The notes below the pieces were generated by a model that worked only from the letters and a program-made list of their open reading frames with translations, searched no databases and was not told where the DNA came from. The position numbers were made by a program, and so were the translations under genes. From an uncultured delta proteobacterium (GTDB lineage Bacteria > Desulfobacterota > Binatia > UBA9968), in contig CAVWLW010000033.1 of assembly GCA_963755715.1 (NCBI GenBank), forward strand, positions 321,400 through 385,399: DNA of 64,000 nucleotides, read 5' to 3'. Below are positions 14,302-25,548 of the stretch, one piece after another (the stretch's first letter is position 1; each line of letters starts with the position of its first letter).

Positions 14302-14330
14302 GTGGACGGGCACGCATGCCGTGCCCCTAC
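14298..14330. repeat. GTAG-type REP palindrome
   Basis: gtag...gggcacgcatgccgtgcccctac. Confidence 0.55.
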
Positions 14331-14396
14331 GTCGTTTGGAGAATCTTTGAACCGTAACGATATAAAGAGCCAGCGCCGTTCACTACGCCTTAAAGA

Positions 14397-15200
14397 TTGT
14401 GGATACCAGAGGATTCAGATGCCAAACACCAATCAACCTACGACATGCTGCTCAAGCTGGTGAAGACGCGCATGAGCGTGCGCAAGTTCCGGCCCGATCC
14501 GATTCCTGAGGATACCATCAACAAAATTCTCGAAGTCGCTCGCTGGGCGATGTCCGGCGCCAACTCGCAACCCTGGGAGTTCGTTGTCGTTACCGATCCG
14601 GAGATCAAAAAACAGTTGCGCGACGCTTACTCGGAGTACAACACCGACTTCATTTTTTGGATGGAACAGCAGCGCGAGTACAATTTGCGCCATCCGTCTT
14701 ATCAGGTCAAAAACGATCCGCACGAGTCGCTGCGCTTCAATAAAGCCAAAGCCAACTGGCACCAGGCGCCTGCCGTGATAGTTGTGTTGGGCGACGGCCG
14801 GCGGCAGTGGGGCACGGTGATGGGCGCGCACACGTTCGGGCGCGATCAGTCGCACTTGACCGACAGTCTCGCCAACGCGTCGTTTCTCATCCATCTGGCG
14901 GTGGCGTCTTTGGGTCTCACTTCGGAGTGGGTGTCGATTCACATCGAAGAGCCGCACAAACGAATTCTCGGCGTGCCCGATCTCTTGAAGCTCTACCTGA
15001 TCATTCCTATCGGTTATCCCGACGTGCCGGCGCGCGAAGGGGTGCGCCGCCCCCTCGATGAAATTGTCCATCGCGAACGTTACGAGATGAGCAAGCACAT
15101 GTCCAACGAGGACGTGTTGAAGTATCTTTATTCTCTGCGCGAAGGCACGGTCACAGGTTATTCGGCGTCGCGAGCCGTGACGGCCGACGAGAAAAAATAA
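14397..15200 (+). CDS. Nitroreductase family flavoprotein (paralog 1)
   Basis: RMSVRKF, SGANSQPWEFVVV, IPIGYP, RRPL; true start may be ATG 14419 with an indel. Confidence 0.88.
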   Translation: MWIPEDSDAKHQSTYDMLLKLVKTRMSVRKFRPDPIPEDTINKILEVARWAMSGANSQPWEFVVVTDPEIKKQLRDAYSEYNTDFIFWMEQQREYNLRHPSYQVKNDPHESLRFNKAKANWHQAPAVIVVLGDGRRQWGTVMGAHTFGRDQSHLTDSLANASFLIHLAVASLGLTSEWVSIHIEEPHKRILGVPDLLKLYLIIPIGYPDVPAREGVRRPLDEIVHRERYEMSKHMSNEDVLKYLYSLREGTVTGYSASRAVTADEKK

Positions 15201-16864
15201 GTGGCCCCGGCTTCCGTCAACCCGATCACCGTCGAAGTCGTGCGCAACGGCCTGGCGCATATCGCCAACGAGATGGCGACCGTGCTGCGCAAGACTTCCT
15301 ACAACATGATGATCTACGAGGTGCGCGACTACTGCGTCGGCATCGTCGATCCCGAAGGCAATATTCTCTCGCAAAACTTCGGCGCGCTGCCGATCTTTCT
15401 CGCCGATCTCGGTCCCGCGATCGTCGACGGCGTGCGCATGCACGGCCGCGACGGATTTAAGCCCGGCGATGTGCTGATCATGAACCATCCCTACGTTTGC
15501 GGCCAGCATCTCAATAATGTCGTGGTGTATACACCGTTCTTTCACGAGGGCGAGCTGGTGGCTTTCCTCGCCGTGCGCGCGCACTGGATCGATATCGGTG
15601 GCACTCGAGTCGGTTTCGGCTTCAGCGGCACGCGCGAAGTTTACGAAGAAGGTTTGCAGTTTCGCTCGCTGAAACTTTACCGCGGCGATCAGCCGAACCA
15701 AGATATTTTCCAGATCATCACCGACAATGTTCGTTTCGCTGAGTCTTGTCTCGGCGATCTGCGCGCGCAGATCGCCGCTTGCCGCGTCGGCGACCGCGGC
15801 CTGGGCGCATTGGTGAAGCGTTACGGATTGGAAACTTTCTTGCGTTGTGTGCGAGCGATCTGGCATCAGTCTGAGGCGCTGGCGCGTGAGCAAGTCGCGC
15901 GTATCAAGCCGGGCCAGTACGAAGCCGAAGCGCTGTTCGACAGTGACGGTGTCGATTTGGACACAGCCGTGCCACTCAAGGTGAAGGTCGAAGTCGCGGG
16001 CAGCGAGATGGTCATCGATTTTTCCGAGATCAGCGAACAAGTGCCGGGCTCGATCAATTCCGGCGAGTCCGGCGCCGTGGCGGCGGCGCGGGTTGCGTTC
16101 AAATCGCTCGTGGCGCCCTATTCGCCCATCGATGAAGGCTGTTTTCGGCCGTTAAAGATAATCATACCCAAAGGGAAAATTCTCAGCGCCACAGCGCCGG
16201 CGCCGGTGGGCAACTGGAGCCGCACGCTGCCGACGGTGATCGATTTGATTCTCAAAGCCTTGGCGCCGGCGATGCCGGATAGAGTGGCCGCGGGGCACAA
16301 AGGCGACATGGGCGGCTACGCATTTTTCGGCACCGATCCGAAGACCGGCAGACGGTTTCTCTGCCAGACGATCATGGGCGGCGGCTGGGGCGGGCGGGCG
16401 CATGAGGACGGCGAGAATTCCACAGTGTCGATGTGCCAGGGCGACGTGCAAAACGCGCCGGTCGAATTGCAGGAAATTTATTATCCCGTGCTGATCGAGC
16501 GACAGCGGCTGCGCGAAGGCAGCGGCGGCGCGGGGAAATTTCGCGGCGGCTTGGGGATCGAAATGTCGGTGCGAGTGCTGTGCGACGCGTTCACGAACAT
16601 CAACGTCGAGCGCCAGCGCACCGCGCCGTGGGGGCTTTTCGGCGGTGAGTGCGGCGCGACGGCAAAGGCGCTGGTCAAGCAAGCGCCCGATGACCGGGAA
16701 CTTGGCTGACCAAGAAACCGAACTATCCATTGAAAAAGAACGGCAGCGTAACATTTTTTACGGCGGGCGGCGGCGGTTATGGCATGGTGAAAGAGCGGGC
16801 TTGCGAGCTCGTTGATCGGGACTGCAGACTGGGTTACGTTCCGGAAAGGAATACGACGAGGTGA
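15201..16864 (+). CDS. Hydantoinase B/oxoprolinase subunit (paralog 1; frameshift near 16695)
   Basis: NHPYVCGQHLNN, HWIDIGG, GDLRAQIAA, GGAGKFRGG; TAGGGGYG tail continues in shifted frame to TGA at 16864. Confidence 0.9.
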
Positions 16865-16866
16865 TT

Positions 16867-17977
16867 ATGGAAGGTCAGCAAGAATTCGACAAACGGATCT
16901 CGCGAGTACGCCAAGCGATGCGCGACAAGGGATTGCAGACGCTGCTCATTTACGATTCCGGGCGGCATAATTTTTTGCGCATGAATTACGTCGCCTATCT
17001 GACCGACTTCATCAGCGTCGGCCCGGAGACAATGCTCGTCGTTCCGTTGGAAGATGCGCCGGTGCTTTATCTTTCGCCGGCATGGGATATCCCGCGCGCG
17101 CAAGAGGAGTCGTGGGTCTCGGATGTTCGTCCGTTCAAAGAATTCTGGTCCGTTTGCCGAGCTCTGTCAGCGAAAGGTCGGACTGATCGGCCGAGAGGCG
17201 ATGCACGTCGGTCTGCACGATGAGATCGCGAAATCGCTCGGGCAAACTCCGGTCAACGCCAAAGACATCATCGAGAACATGGCGCGCTGCAAAAGCGACT
17301 TCGAACTCGAGCGGCTGCGGCGCGCCGCGGCGATCGCCGATGCCGGCGTCACGGCGCTGCACGATGATGCGCGTCCCGGATTGAAGGAATTCGAGCTCGC
17401 CGCGATCGTCGAGCACCGCATGCGCTATCTCGGCGCCGAAGACAACTTCGGCATGGTCGTCGCCAACCATCATAACCAGGCGCTCCATCCGCCGACTGAT
17501 CGCGTCGTGCAATCGGGCGATATCATCATCGGCGAAATCACACCATGCATCGGCGGATTGTTCGTGCAGATCTGCCGGACGATGGTGCTGGGCGAGCCGG
17601 CGCCGGCGGTTCGCGAAAAATACGCCATTCTCAAAAAGGGAATGCGACTCGGTATGGACGCAGCGAAAACGGGCGCGCCGGCGAGCGACGTCGCCGCGGC
17701 GATCAACGACACGTTTATTGAATACGGTTACGAGCAATATTGCCGCCCGCCATTCATGCGCGTGCGCGGCCACGGCCTCGGTTGCGGCTCGTTTGCGCCC
17801 GGCAGCTTGGAAGACGGCAATCAGACCCAACTCGAGGAGGGCATGACCTTCATCATTCATCCCAACCAGTATTTGCCCGAGACGGGCTACCTGACGCTCG
17901 GTGATACCGTGGTCATGACGAAGACGAAAGCGGAGTCGCTGATGAAATCGTCGTGGGACATTTATGTAAAAGAGTGA
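16867..17977 (+). CDS. M24 (Xaa-Pro peptidase/creatinase) family protein, frameshift near 17165
   Basis: Creatinase N-domain (RISRVRQAMRDKGL, NYVAYLT), KSDFELERLR, ICRT, RGHGLG, IHPNQ. Confidence 0.82.
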
Positions 17978-18036
17978 CGATCTGTTCACACGTTCAATTC
18001 GTTGCAAATCATAAATCGGATTCGGAAGAGGGCAAT

Positions 18037-19197
18037 ATGATCTTTGGTCGGCATTCAGTTTTAAAGCGAGGTTGTTCCACTTGGGACCCAACGCAAGTGC
18101 CGCAGACCGAGTTTCACTCTCGTCTCGATGCGGTGCGGCGAGAAATGGCGCGGCAAAGCTTGGACGCGCTGGTGATCTACGGCGATAACTATTCGTTCGC
18201 CGACCTTTGTTACCTCACCAATTATTTCCCCAAAGTTCGCGGTGGAATCGCCGTCGTGCCGCGCGAAGGCGCGATTTCGCTTTTGCTCAACATCGGCAGC
18301 CGCGATGTGCCTTTCGCCAAGACGTTGACTTGGGTCGAAGACGTGCGAGCGTCAAACCAGGTCGGCGCCGACGGCGCGAAACTGCTCAAAGAAAAGGGCT
18401 TCGAGAAGGCGAAGATCGGTCTGATGGATTCCGGCCTCGGTTTCCCGCTGCCCCAGTTGGAGGACATGAAGGGCGCGTTGCCAAACGTGAATTGGCAAGC
18501 TTGCGATGCGATGATCGTGCCGCAGCGTTTGGTAAAGACTGCGCGGGAGCTCGGCGCGATGCGCGAGGCCGGGCATTTGCTCAGCGATATCTGCGACGGC
18601 GCGCACGCTTTTATCAAACAGGGCAGAAAAGAATATGAAATCATCGCTGACATCGATCGCCTGGCGCGCGACAAGGGCGCCGAGGATATTCGCATTCTCG
18701 CCGGTGATAAACGGTTGAATCCGCCGAGCTTCAAGCAATCGGCGACCCTCGACCATCATTGGGCGGTTTATTTGGCGGTGCAGCACGAGCGCTATTGGGC
18801 CGAGGCGGGGCGGACTTTTATTTTGTCCAACGATGCGAAACTTCAAGCGGCGTATCAAAAGACGCAAGAGATTGTCGCGCAGATGGCGGCGCAGCTCAAG
18901 CCCGGCGGTGCAGTAGCGGCCATCGATGAAACTGCGCGGCGCGCGCTTGGCGAATTTTACGCGACGGCGTCGGTTTATGGTCTTGCCAACGGCATCGGTC
19001 TCAATCAGTGGGAAGCGCCGTTTTTGAATGAAGATGACGCGCGACAGGTCGGTGCGACATCCGTCGGTGCGAGTACGCTCAATGCAAACATGACGCTGGC
19101 ATTGCGTGTGACGTTTGAGACGGACGGAAAAATCATTCTTTTCGGCGACAGTTTCGAAGTGACGGCGGATGGGGCAAGATCGTTGCTCCATGCGTAG
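18037..19197 (+). CDS. M24/creatinase-fold protein lacking metal ligands
   Basis: RLDAVRREMARQSLDALVIYG, YWAEAGRT, NGIGL. Confidence 0.78.
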   Translation: MIFGRHSVLKRGCSTWDPTQVPQTEFHSRLDAVRREMARQSLDALVIYGDNYSFADLCYLTNYFPKVRGGIAVVPREGAISLLLNIGSRDVPFAKTLTWVEDVRASNQVGADGAKLLKEKGFEKAKIGLMDSGLGFPLPQLEDMKGALPNVNWQACDAMIVPQRLVKTARELGAMREAGHLLSDICDGAHAFIKQGRKEYEIIADIDRLARDKGAEDIRILAGDKRLNPPSFKQSATLDHHWAVYLAVQHERYWAEAGRTFILSNDAKLQAAYQKTQEIVAQMAAQLKPGGAVAAIDETARRALGEFYATASVYGLANGIGLNQWEAPFLNEDDARQVGATSVGASTLNANMTLALRVTFETDGKIILFGDSFEVTADGARSLLHA

Positions 19198-19203
19198 AAG
19201 ATT

Positions 19204-19307
19204 AGATTCCTCGTCGCTTCGCTCCGTCGGAATGACAGATCCTGGGACCATCTGCGTTGTCATTTCGACCCCTTCGAAAAACTCAGGGTAAACTCCGGGA
19301 GAAATCT
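19204..19307. repeat. REP-like pair, family A
   Basis: agattcctcg...ggaatgaca followed by inverted tgtcatttcga...gaaatct. Confidence 0.7.
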
Positions 19308-19361
19308 TTTTATTGTGACACCCAGCAAAGCCGATAAGGATCTATTTATAGTGAAGGCTTC

Positions 19362-21401
19362 ATGAGAATCGCTGTTGATATAGGCGGAACGTTTACCGAC
19401 TTGGTGGCGGTCGACGACAACGGACAAGTATTTCGCAGCAAGTCGCTGACCACGCCGGACGATCTGGCGCGCGGCATTAATGATTGCTTGAAAGGCGCAA
19501 ATGTCGATGTCGCCGGCGCGAGTTTCTTCGTGCACGGCTCGACGGTGACGATCAATGCCGTGCTCGAGCGCAAGGGCGCGCGCACTGGGCTGATCACGAC
19601 CCAAGGGTTTCGCGATGTTTACGAGATCGGCCGCGGCAATCGGCCGGAGGGCTACAATCTTTTCTTTAAACGGCCGGTGCCGCTGGTGCCGCGCGATCTG
19701 CGCCTCGAAGTAGACGAGCGGCTCTACGCGACCGGCGAGGTGCTGACGCCGCTCGACGAAAACTCGGCGACAGCGACGATCGGCGCGCTCAAAGCGGCGG
19801 GCGTGGAAAGCGTCGCGGTTTGCTTGTTGCACGCGTATGCCAACGCCGCTCATGAACAGCGCCTTGGCGAGCTCCTGCGCCAGCAGTTTCCCGAGGCTTA
19901 TGTCTCGCTGTCGCACGAAATCCTCCGTGAGTTTCGCGAGTACGAGCGAACCTCGACGACGGTGCTCAATTCCTATGTCGGCCCGCTTGTCAGTAATTAT
20001 CTCGTCTCATTGGAAAAAATGCTCGGCGTTGCCGGATTCCGCGGCACATTCCGCGTCATGCAATCCAACGGCGGCGTGATGTCGGCGGAGACTGCGAAGA
20101 AAATGCCGGTGACGATGATGGAGTCCGGGCCCGTGGCGGGCGTAATCGCGGCGGCGCATTTGGGTGAAACGCTCGATTGCCGGCATATCATTTCCTTCGA
20201 CATGGGCGGCACGACGGCGAAATCGAGCTTGATCAAAGATTTTCACCCGGAAGTCACCAGCAGCTACTACGTCGGCGGTTATGTTTCCGGCCATCCGATG
20301 ATGTTGCCGGTGGTCGATATCGTCGAAGTCGGCAACGGCGGCGGCAGCATCGCCTGGATCGATCCGGCCGGCGGATTGAAAGTCGGACCGCAGAGCGCCG
20401 GCGCGGCGCCGGGACCGGCATGCTACGGCAACGGCGGCAGCGAGCCGACAGTGACCGATGCCAATCTCATCGCCGGGCGCATCGATCCGGAATATTTTCT
20501 CGGCAGCGGCATTCGCTTGCAGCGCGACAAAGCCGCGCAGGCGATCGTGGAGAAAATCGGCAAACCGCTCGGCCTATCTTTGGAGGAAGCGGCTCTGGGA
20601 ATTCTAACGATTGCCAACTTCAATATGTCGCTTTCCGTGCGCGCGGTATCCGTCGAAAAAGGTTACGACCCGCGCGATTGCGCGCTCGTGCCGAGCGGCG
20701 GCGGCGGCGCGCTGCACGCCATAGCTATTGCGCGCGAGCTGTCCGTGCCGCGCGTGATCATCCCGCCGATGCCCGCTTATTTCTCGGCGCTCGGCATGTT
20801 GATGGCGGATTTGAAGCACGACTACGTGCAAACCTTCGTGCGTGAGTTGGCGGAAACGACCGGCGCGGAAATCGCGAATGCTTTTTCCACGTTAGAAAAA
20901 TCGGCAACGGCGACTTTGACCGAAGAGGGATCCAAGCCGGAGCAAATTCTGCTGCGGCGTTTCCTCGACATGCGCTATCGCGGCCAGGAATATACTTTGC
21001 CGGTGCCGGTCACGGAGGATCTCCGCGCCGTCACTGATTTTACGCCGATACGCGCGCGCTTCGATCAGCTGCATCAAGAACACTACGGCCACTCGGCGCC
21101 CAAGGAGCCGGTGATGATGGTCAATCTCCGACTCTCGGCGCTGGGCAAATTCGAAAACAAATTGCCGCTGACTTCAGCCTCGCGCGACGAAGATCGCGGC
21201 GAGCGCGGCCGGCGTCCAGTGATTTTCGAGAGCCAGTCAGTGGATTGTCCGATTTATTTGCGTAACGGCTTTAAGAGCGGCGATCGTCTCGAAGGTCCGG
21301 CGGTGATCGAAGAAACGGGCGCGACGATACTCGTTTATCCGGGCGACCGAATGCAGGTGAATGAATTCGGTCATCTGGTGATCGATGTCGCGGGTGGATA
21401 A
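19362..21401 (+). CDS. Hydantoinase A/oxoprolinase ATP-binding subunit
   Basis: DIGGTFTD, REYERTSTT, SGPVAG, DMGGTT, GPQSAGAAPGPACY, GGGGALHA. Confidence 0.93.
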   Translation: MRIAVDIGGTFTDLVAVDDNGQVFRSKSLTTPDDLARGINDCLKGANVDVAGASFFVHGSTVTINAVLERKGARTGLITTQGFRDVYEIGRGNRPEGYNLFFKRPVPLVPRDLRLEVDERLYATGEVLTPLDENSATATIGALKAAGVESVAVCLLHAYANAAHEQRLGELLRQQFPEAYVSLSHEILREFREYERTSTTVLNSYVGPLVSNYLVSLEKMLGVAGFRGTFRVMQSNGGVMSAETAKKMPVTMMESGPVAGVIAAAHLGETLDCRHIISFDMGGTTAKSSLIKDFHPEVTSSYYVGGYVSGHPMMLPVVDIVEVGNGGGSIAWIDPAGGLKVGPQSAGAAPGPACYGNGGSEPTVTDANLIAGRIDPEYFLGSGIRLQRDKAAQAIVEKIGKPLGLSLEEAALGILTIANFNMSLSVRAVSVEKGYDPRDCALVPSGGGGALHAIAIARELSVPRVIIPPMPAYFSALGMLMADLKHDYVQTFVRELAETTGAEIANAFSTLEKSATATLTEEGSKPEQILLRRFLDMRYRGQEYTLPVPVTEDLRAVTDFTPIRARFDQLHQEHYGHSAPKEPVMMVNLRLSALGKFENKLPLTSASRDEDRGERGRRPVIFESQSVDCPIYLRNGFKSGDRLEGPAVIEETGATILVYPGDRMQVNEFGHLVIDVAGG

Positions 21402-21425
21402 ATCGACGTCCCCTGATACCAAGGC

Positions 21426-21484
21426 GAGATTCCTCGCTTTGCTCGGAATGACAGAATTGTCATCCTGAGCGAGCGAAGGATCTC
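21426..21484. repeat. REP-like pair, family A
   Basis: gagattcctcgctttgctcggaatgaca-gaat-tgtcatcctgagcgagcgaaggatctc. Confidence 0.75.
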
Positions 21485-21511
21485 GACCGAAAAAGTGTGT
21501 GTGCTAGTAGA

Positions 21512-22890
21512 ATGTCTGACGAAAGCCTCACCGAGAAGTTAGCGCGTCATTATTCGATCGCTTCAATTCGACCAAATACCAGCCGACGTTGTTAACGCCG
21601 CCAAACTTCACATTCTCGATTCGCTCGGCTGCTTGCTGGCCGGTTCGCGCCTCGAGGCCGGCCGGCTGGCCTATGAGTTAGCGGTTGCGACCAGCGGCGC
21701 AAACGGCACTTCGACGCTCCTAGGATCCGATCGGCGCGTTGCTTTTTTGGATGCGGTGCAGGCCATGTCCGTCGCATCGCACTGCGGCGAAATGGACGAT
21801 ATCCACGGCGGCGCCGGAACTTGTATCGGCGCTATGATCGTTCCCGCACTCAGCGCGATAGGCGAGAAACATGGCGGGCCTGGTGAGAAATTTCTTGAAG
21901 CCGCCGTCGTCGGTTACGAGACGATCATTCGAATCGGGCTGGCTATCGACGCGCCGAAACTTTTCGCGCACGGTTGGTGGCCAAGCACGATCTGTGGAGC
22001 GTTCGGCGTCGTGGCGGCGGGCGCAAAGTTTTTGGATTTATCATGGGAGCAAACCGTGAATGCGCTCGGCATTGCTTCACTGCATAGCGGCGGTATGATC
22101 ACCGGCGGCAACGAAGGTGCGACGGCGCGCCATTTGGCGTTCGGCCATGCCGCGCAGAACGGCGTGCTCGCGCTACTGGCGGCGGAGCAGGGATTCACAG
22201 GTCCGAAGCGCGCACTCGAAGATCCGCGCGGGTTTTGTCTGACGCTCTGCAGCGCGCCTGATTGGGACTACCTGCAAAGCTTCGATTCGTTTCATCTGCC
22301 GGAAGTCGCATTCAAACCCTATCCTTGCGCGCGCCAATTGCACGCCGGCGTCGAAGCGCTGTTAAAAATTCTGCGGCGAACTTCGTTGACGCCGTCTGCG
22401 ATCGAGGAAATTGAATTGTTGCTGCCGGCGCAGAATGCCGCCATGATGAATCGTCCGTCGATTACGGCGAGCTCACGCAGCCACGGTCGGGAGCGGGCAA
22501 TACGTGATGGCCGTCACTGCGCTGCGCGGCAAAATCGACCTTTGGTCATTTTGGGAAGAGAATTTCTCGAGCAGTGAGAAAGTGCGGAGCTGATGGCAAA
22601 AGTCAAAGTCAGCGCGAGCGCAGATCTCGATCGTCATTATCCGAAATATTGGTCGGGACGTGTCGCGGTGAGATTGCTCGGTGGCCAAAGCTATTCGGAA
22701 GAAGTGATTATCCCGAAGGGCGAAAGCGGGAATCCGATGACGCAGAGCGAGGTCGAGGAGAAGTTTTTGTCGTTGGCTGGCGCCGGCGCTAGGCGATCAG
22801 AAAGCGCGGTCGGCAATCGATGAAGTGAGTTCGTTGGAATCACTTAATTCATTAAGACCGCTGCTTACGGCGTTGAAACTATCTGGGTAA
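21512..22890 (+). CDS. MmgE/PrpD family protein (about four frameshifts; sequencing error or pseudogene)
   Basis: ILDSLGCLLAG, EMDDIH, FKPYPCARQLH, PKGESGNPM...EEKF reassembled across frames near 21555, 22475, 22590 and 22780. Confidence 0.8.
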
Positions 22891-22995
22891 TAAATAGAGG
22901 TGGTTCCGTCTCGATGTAGGGTAGACGATTGAACGCTCAGAGATTCGTGGGATATACCAATTGGTAAATGCTCTCTCAGGTTGGAGGTTCAAATT

Positions 22996-23778
22996 ATGGA
23001 CGCTGATTCGACCCCTGGATACGATCTTCTCTATGACATCATTCGCCGACGAGCGAGCGTGCGCAAACTGAAACCCGATCCGATTCCCGAGGAATACATC
23101 GGCAAGATACTCGAAGCGGGACGTTGGGCGATGTCGGGTGCGAACTCGCAGCCTTGGGAATACATCGTCGTCAAAGACCCCAAGGTCAAAAAGGATTTGT
23201 TTCGCTGCTATTCCGAGGACAACACGGATTTCATTTACTGGATGGAACAGCAGCGCGTGTTCGAGCTGCGCCATCCGGCGTATCAAATGACGGCGGACGA
23301 GGCGGTAGAGCGCCAGCGACGCGGCGCCGGCTGGTCGGAAGCGCCGGCGCTGATCGTCGTCGTCGGCGACGGCCGGCGCCAGTGGGGCACGGTGCAAGGC
23401 GCGCACACGTTCGGCCGCGATCAATCGCACCTCACCGACGGTTTGGCGAACACCTGCACGTTTATGCATTTGGCCGCGGTTTCGTTCGGGCTGGCGACGC
23501 AGTGGGTGACGATCCACGTCCAGGAGCCGTTTAAGAAAGTGCTCGGCGTGCCGGATCTGATGATGCTGTATCTGATCATTCCCATCGGTTATCCAGCGGT
23601 GCAGCCGTCCGAAGGCGTGCGCCGGCCGCTGGAAGAAATCGTCCACCACGATCATTATGAACAAGAGAAATTCATGAGCAACGAGCGCGTGATTCAGTTT
23701 CTCTACGAGCTCCGCGGCAAGACTTTGCAGACCTATCGGCAGTCTTATGTGGGGAAGGAAGAGCCGAAGAAGTCGTGA
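22996..23778 (+). CDS. Nitroreductase family flavoprotein (paralog 2)
   Basis: RASVRKL, SGANSQPWEYIVV; shares long identical blocks with paralog 1 (NTDFI.WMEQQR, GDGRRQWGTV.GAHTFGRDQSHLTD). Confidence 0.88.
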   Translation: MDADSTPGYDLLYDIIRRRASVRKLKPDPIPEEYIGKILEAGRWAMSGANSQPWEYIVVKDPKVKKDLFRCYSEDNTDFIYWMEQQRVFELRHPAYQMTADEAVERQRRGAGWSEAPALIVVVGDGRRQWGTVQGAHTFGRDQSHLTDGLANTCTFMHLAAVSFGLATQWVTIHVQEPFKKVLGVPDLMMLYLIIPIGYPAVQPSEGVRRPLEEIVHHDHYEQEKFMSNERVIQFLYELRGKTLQTYRQSYVGKEEPKKS

Positions 23779-23799
23779 GGGGAGAGGCTTGAGGGGTTA

Positions 23800-25518
23800 A
23801 TGGATTATAATCCACTAGATTCCAAAAAGGATGTGGCCGTGAGGGTCGATCCAATTACTGTGGAAATTATCCGCTGCGCGTTGAAGGCTGCCGCCAATGA
23901 AATGTCGGTGGTGCTCAAGCGCACCGCTTACAACATGATGATCTACGAGGTGCAGGATTACTGCGTCAGCATTGTCGATCATGAAGGGCTGACGATGTCG
24001 CAGAACGAGGGCGCACTGCCGATTTTTCTTGCCGATCTCGGCGTGGCCGTGCAGGACGGCGTCGAAATCTACGGACTGGAGAATATTCACCCCGGCGACG
24101 TTTTTCTGGTCAACCACCCGGAGATCTGCGGACAGCATCTCAATAACATGGTCGTCTACACGCCTTTTTTCTGGGACGGCAAGCTGCTTTGCTTCCTGGC
24201 AGTGCGGGCGCATTGGATCGACGTCGGCGGCGGCAGCACCGGCTTCGGCTCGAGCAATACCCGCGATGTTTACGAGGAAGGGCTGCAGATTCGCTCCGTA
24301 AAGATTTACAACGAAGGCCGTCCGAATACCGAAGTGCTGCGCCTGATCGAAGACAATATTCGCTTTCCGGAATCGTCATTCGGCGATCTGCGCGCGCAGA
24401 TCGCTTGCTGCCGCACCGGCGAAGAGCGACTCAGTCAAATTTGCCGTAAGTACGGCGCCAAAGTATTTCGCGACGCCGTCGAGACGATCTGGGACCAGAC
24501 CGACAAGCTCGTGCGCGAATCGGTGCGCGCGATCCCTGACGGCCATTACGAAGCCTCGTCCTTCCTCGACGACGACGGCAGAGTTATGAACAAGACAATT
24601 CCGATCAAAGTGAAGATCACCGTGCGCGGCGACGAACTGACCATCGACTTTTCTGAGGTCGCCGACCAAGTGCCGGGGTTCATCAACTGCGGCTCGTCCG
24701 GCGGCATGGCGGCGGCGCGGGTCGCATTCAAAGCGTTGACCTCGCCGCAGCGCGAAGTCAATGAAGGCTCTTTTCGCGCGCTGAAAGTGATTCTTCCCCC
24801 GGGGAAATTACTCAGCGCGCTCCGTCCGGCACCCATCGGTGGGTGGAGCTTGTCGCTGCCGACCGTACTCGACACGATTTTCCGCGCGCTTGCGCCGGCG
24901 TTGCCTGAACGGGTTCCCGCTGCGCACAAGGGCGATATGGGCGGCTACGCGATCTTCGGCAATAACTCGAAAACCGGCCGGCGCTACGTCTGCCAGAATA
25001 TTATCGGCGGCGGTTGGGGCGGTCGTCCTTTCGAGGACGGCGCTTCCGCGTCGGTGTCGATGTGTCAGGGCGACGTAAAAAACACACCGATCGAATTGCA
25101 GGAACTTTATTATCCTTTGCTTTACGAGTGTCATTCGTTCCGCACCGACAGCGGCGGCGCGGGGAAATTTCGCGGCGGCATCGGCGTCGAAGTGAAAGTA
25201 AAACCAATCGAGAATTTTTTTCTGAGCCGCAACACCGATCGCATCAAATGTCCGCCTTGGGGTTTACTCGGCGGCGCCGAGGGCGCGGTGAATGAGACGA
25301 TTATCCAACGCAACGGCACAGAGGAAAAACTGCCGGGGAAATTCAGCCATTTGCTAGTTCGTCCCGGCGAGACCGTGACTTTTCTAACCGCCGGCGGCGG
25401 TGGTTACGGTGAGCCCGCTGAGCGCAATGCCGAAGCCATCAAGCGAGACATCAAGTTGGGCTATGTTTCCGAAGCCCGGGCGAAGCAACAATATTCCACA
25501 TCGGCAACCCGCCCGTAA
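23800..25518 (+). CDS. Hydantoinase B/oxoprolinase subunit (paralog 2)
   Basis: NHPEICGQHLNN, HWIDVGG, GDLRAQIA, TAGGGGYG. Confidence 0.92.
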   Translation: MDYNPLDSKKDVAVRVDPITVEIIRCALKAAANEMSVVLKRTAYNMMIYEVQDYCVSIVDHEGLTMSQNEGALPIFLADLGVAVQDGVEIYGLENIHPGDVFLVNHPEICGQHLNNMVVYTPFFWDGKLLCFLAVRAHWIDVGGGSTGFGSSNTRDVYEEGLQIRSVKIYNEGRPNTEVLRLIEDNIRFPESSFGDLRAQIACCRTGEERLSQICRKYGAKVFRDAVETIWDQTDKLVRESVRAIPDGHYEASSFLDDDGRVMNKTIPIKVKITVRGDELTIDFSEVADQVPGFINCGSSGGMAAARVAFKALTSPQREVNEGSFRALKVILPPGKLLSALRPAPIGGWSLSLPTVLDTIFRALAPALPERVPAAHKGDMGGYAIFGNNSKTGRRYVCQNIIGGGWGGRPFEDGASASVSMCQGDVKNTPIELQELYYPLLYECHSFRTDSGGAGKFRGGIGVEVKVKPIENFFLSRNTDRIKCPPWGLLGGAEGAVNETIIQRNGTEEKLPGKFSHLLVRPGETVTFLTAGGGGYGEPAERNAEAIKRDIKLGYVSEARAKQQYSTSATRP

Positions 25519-25548
25519 GCAACGGTCGTAGGGATCAAGAAGAAAACC

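Noticed and set aside
14433-16040. Long antisense ORFs (this one, 5765-6871, 59979-60926 and others)
   Set aside because: Shadow ORFs opposite well-supported genes, typical of GC-rich codon usage
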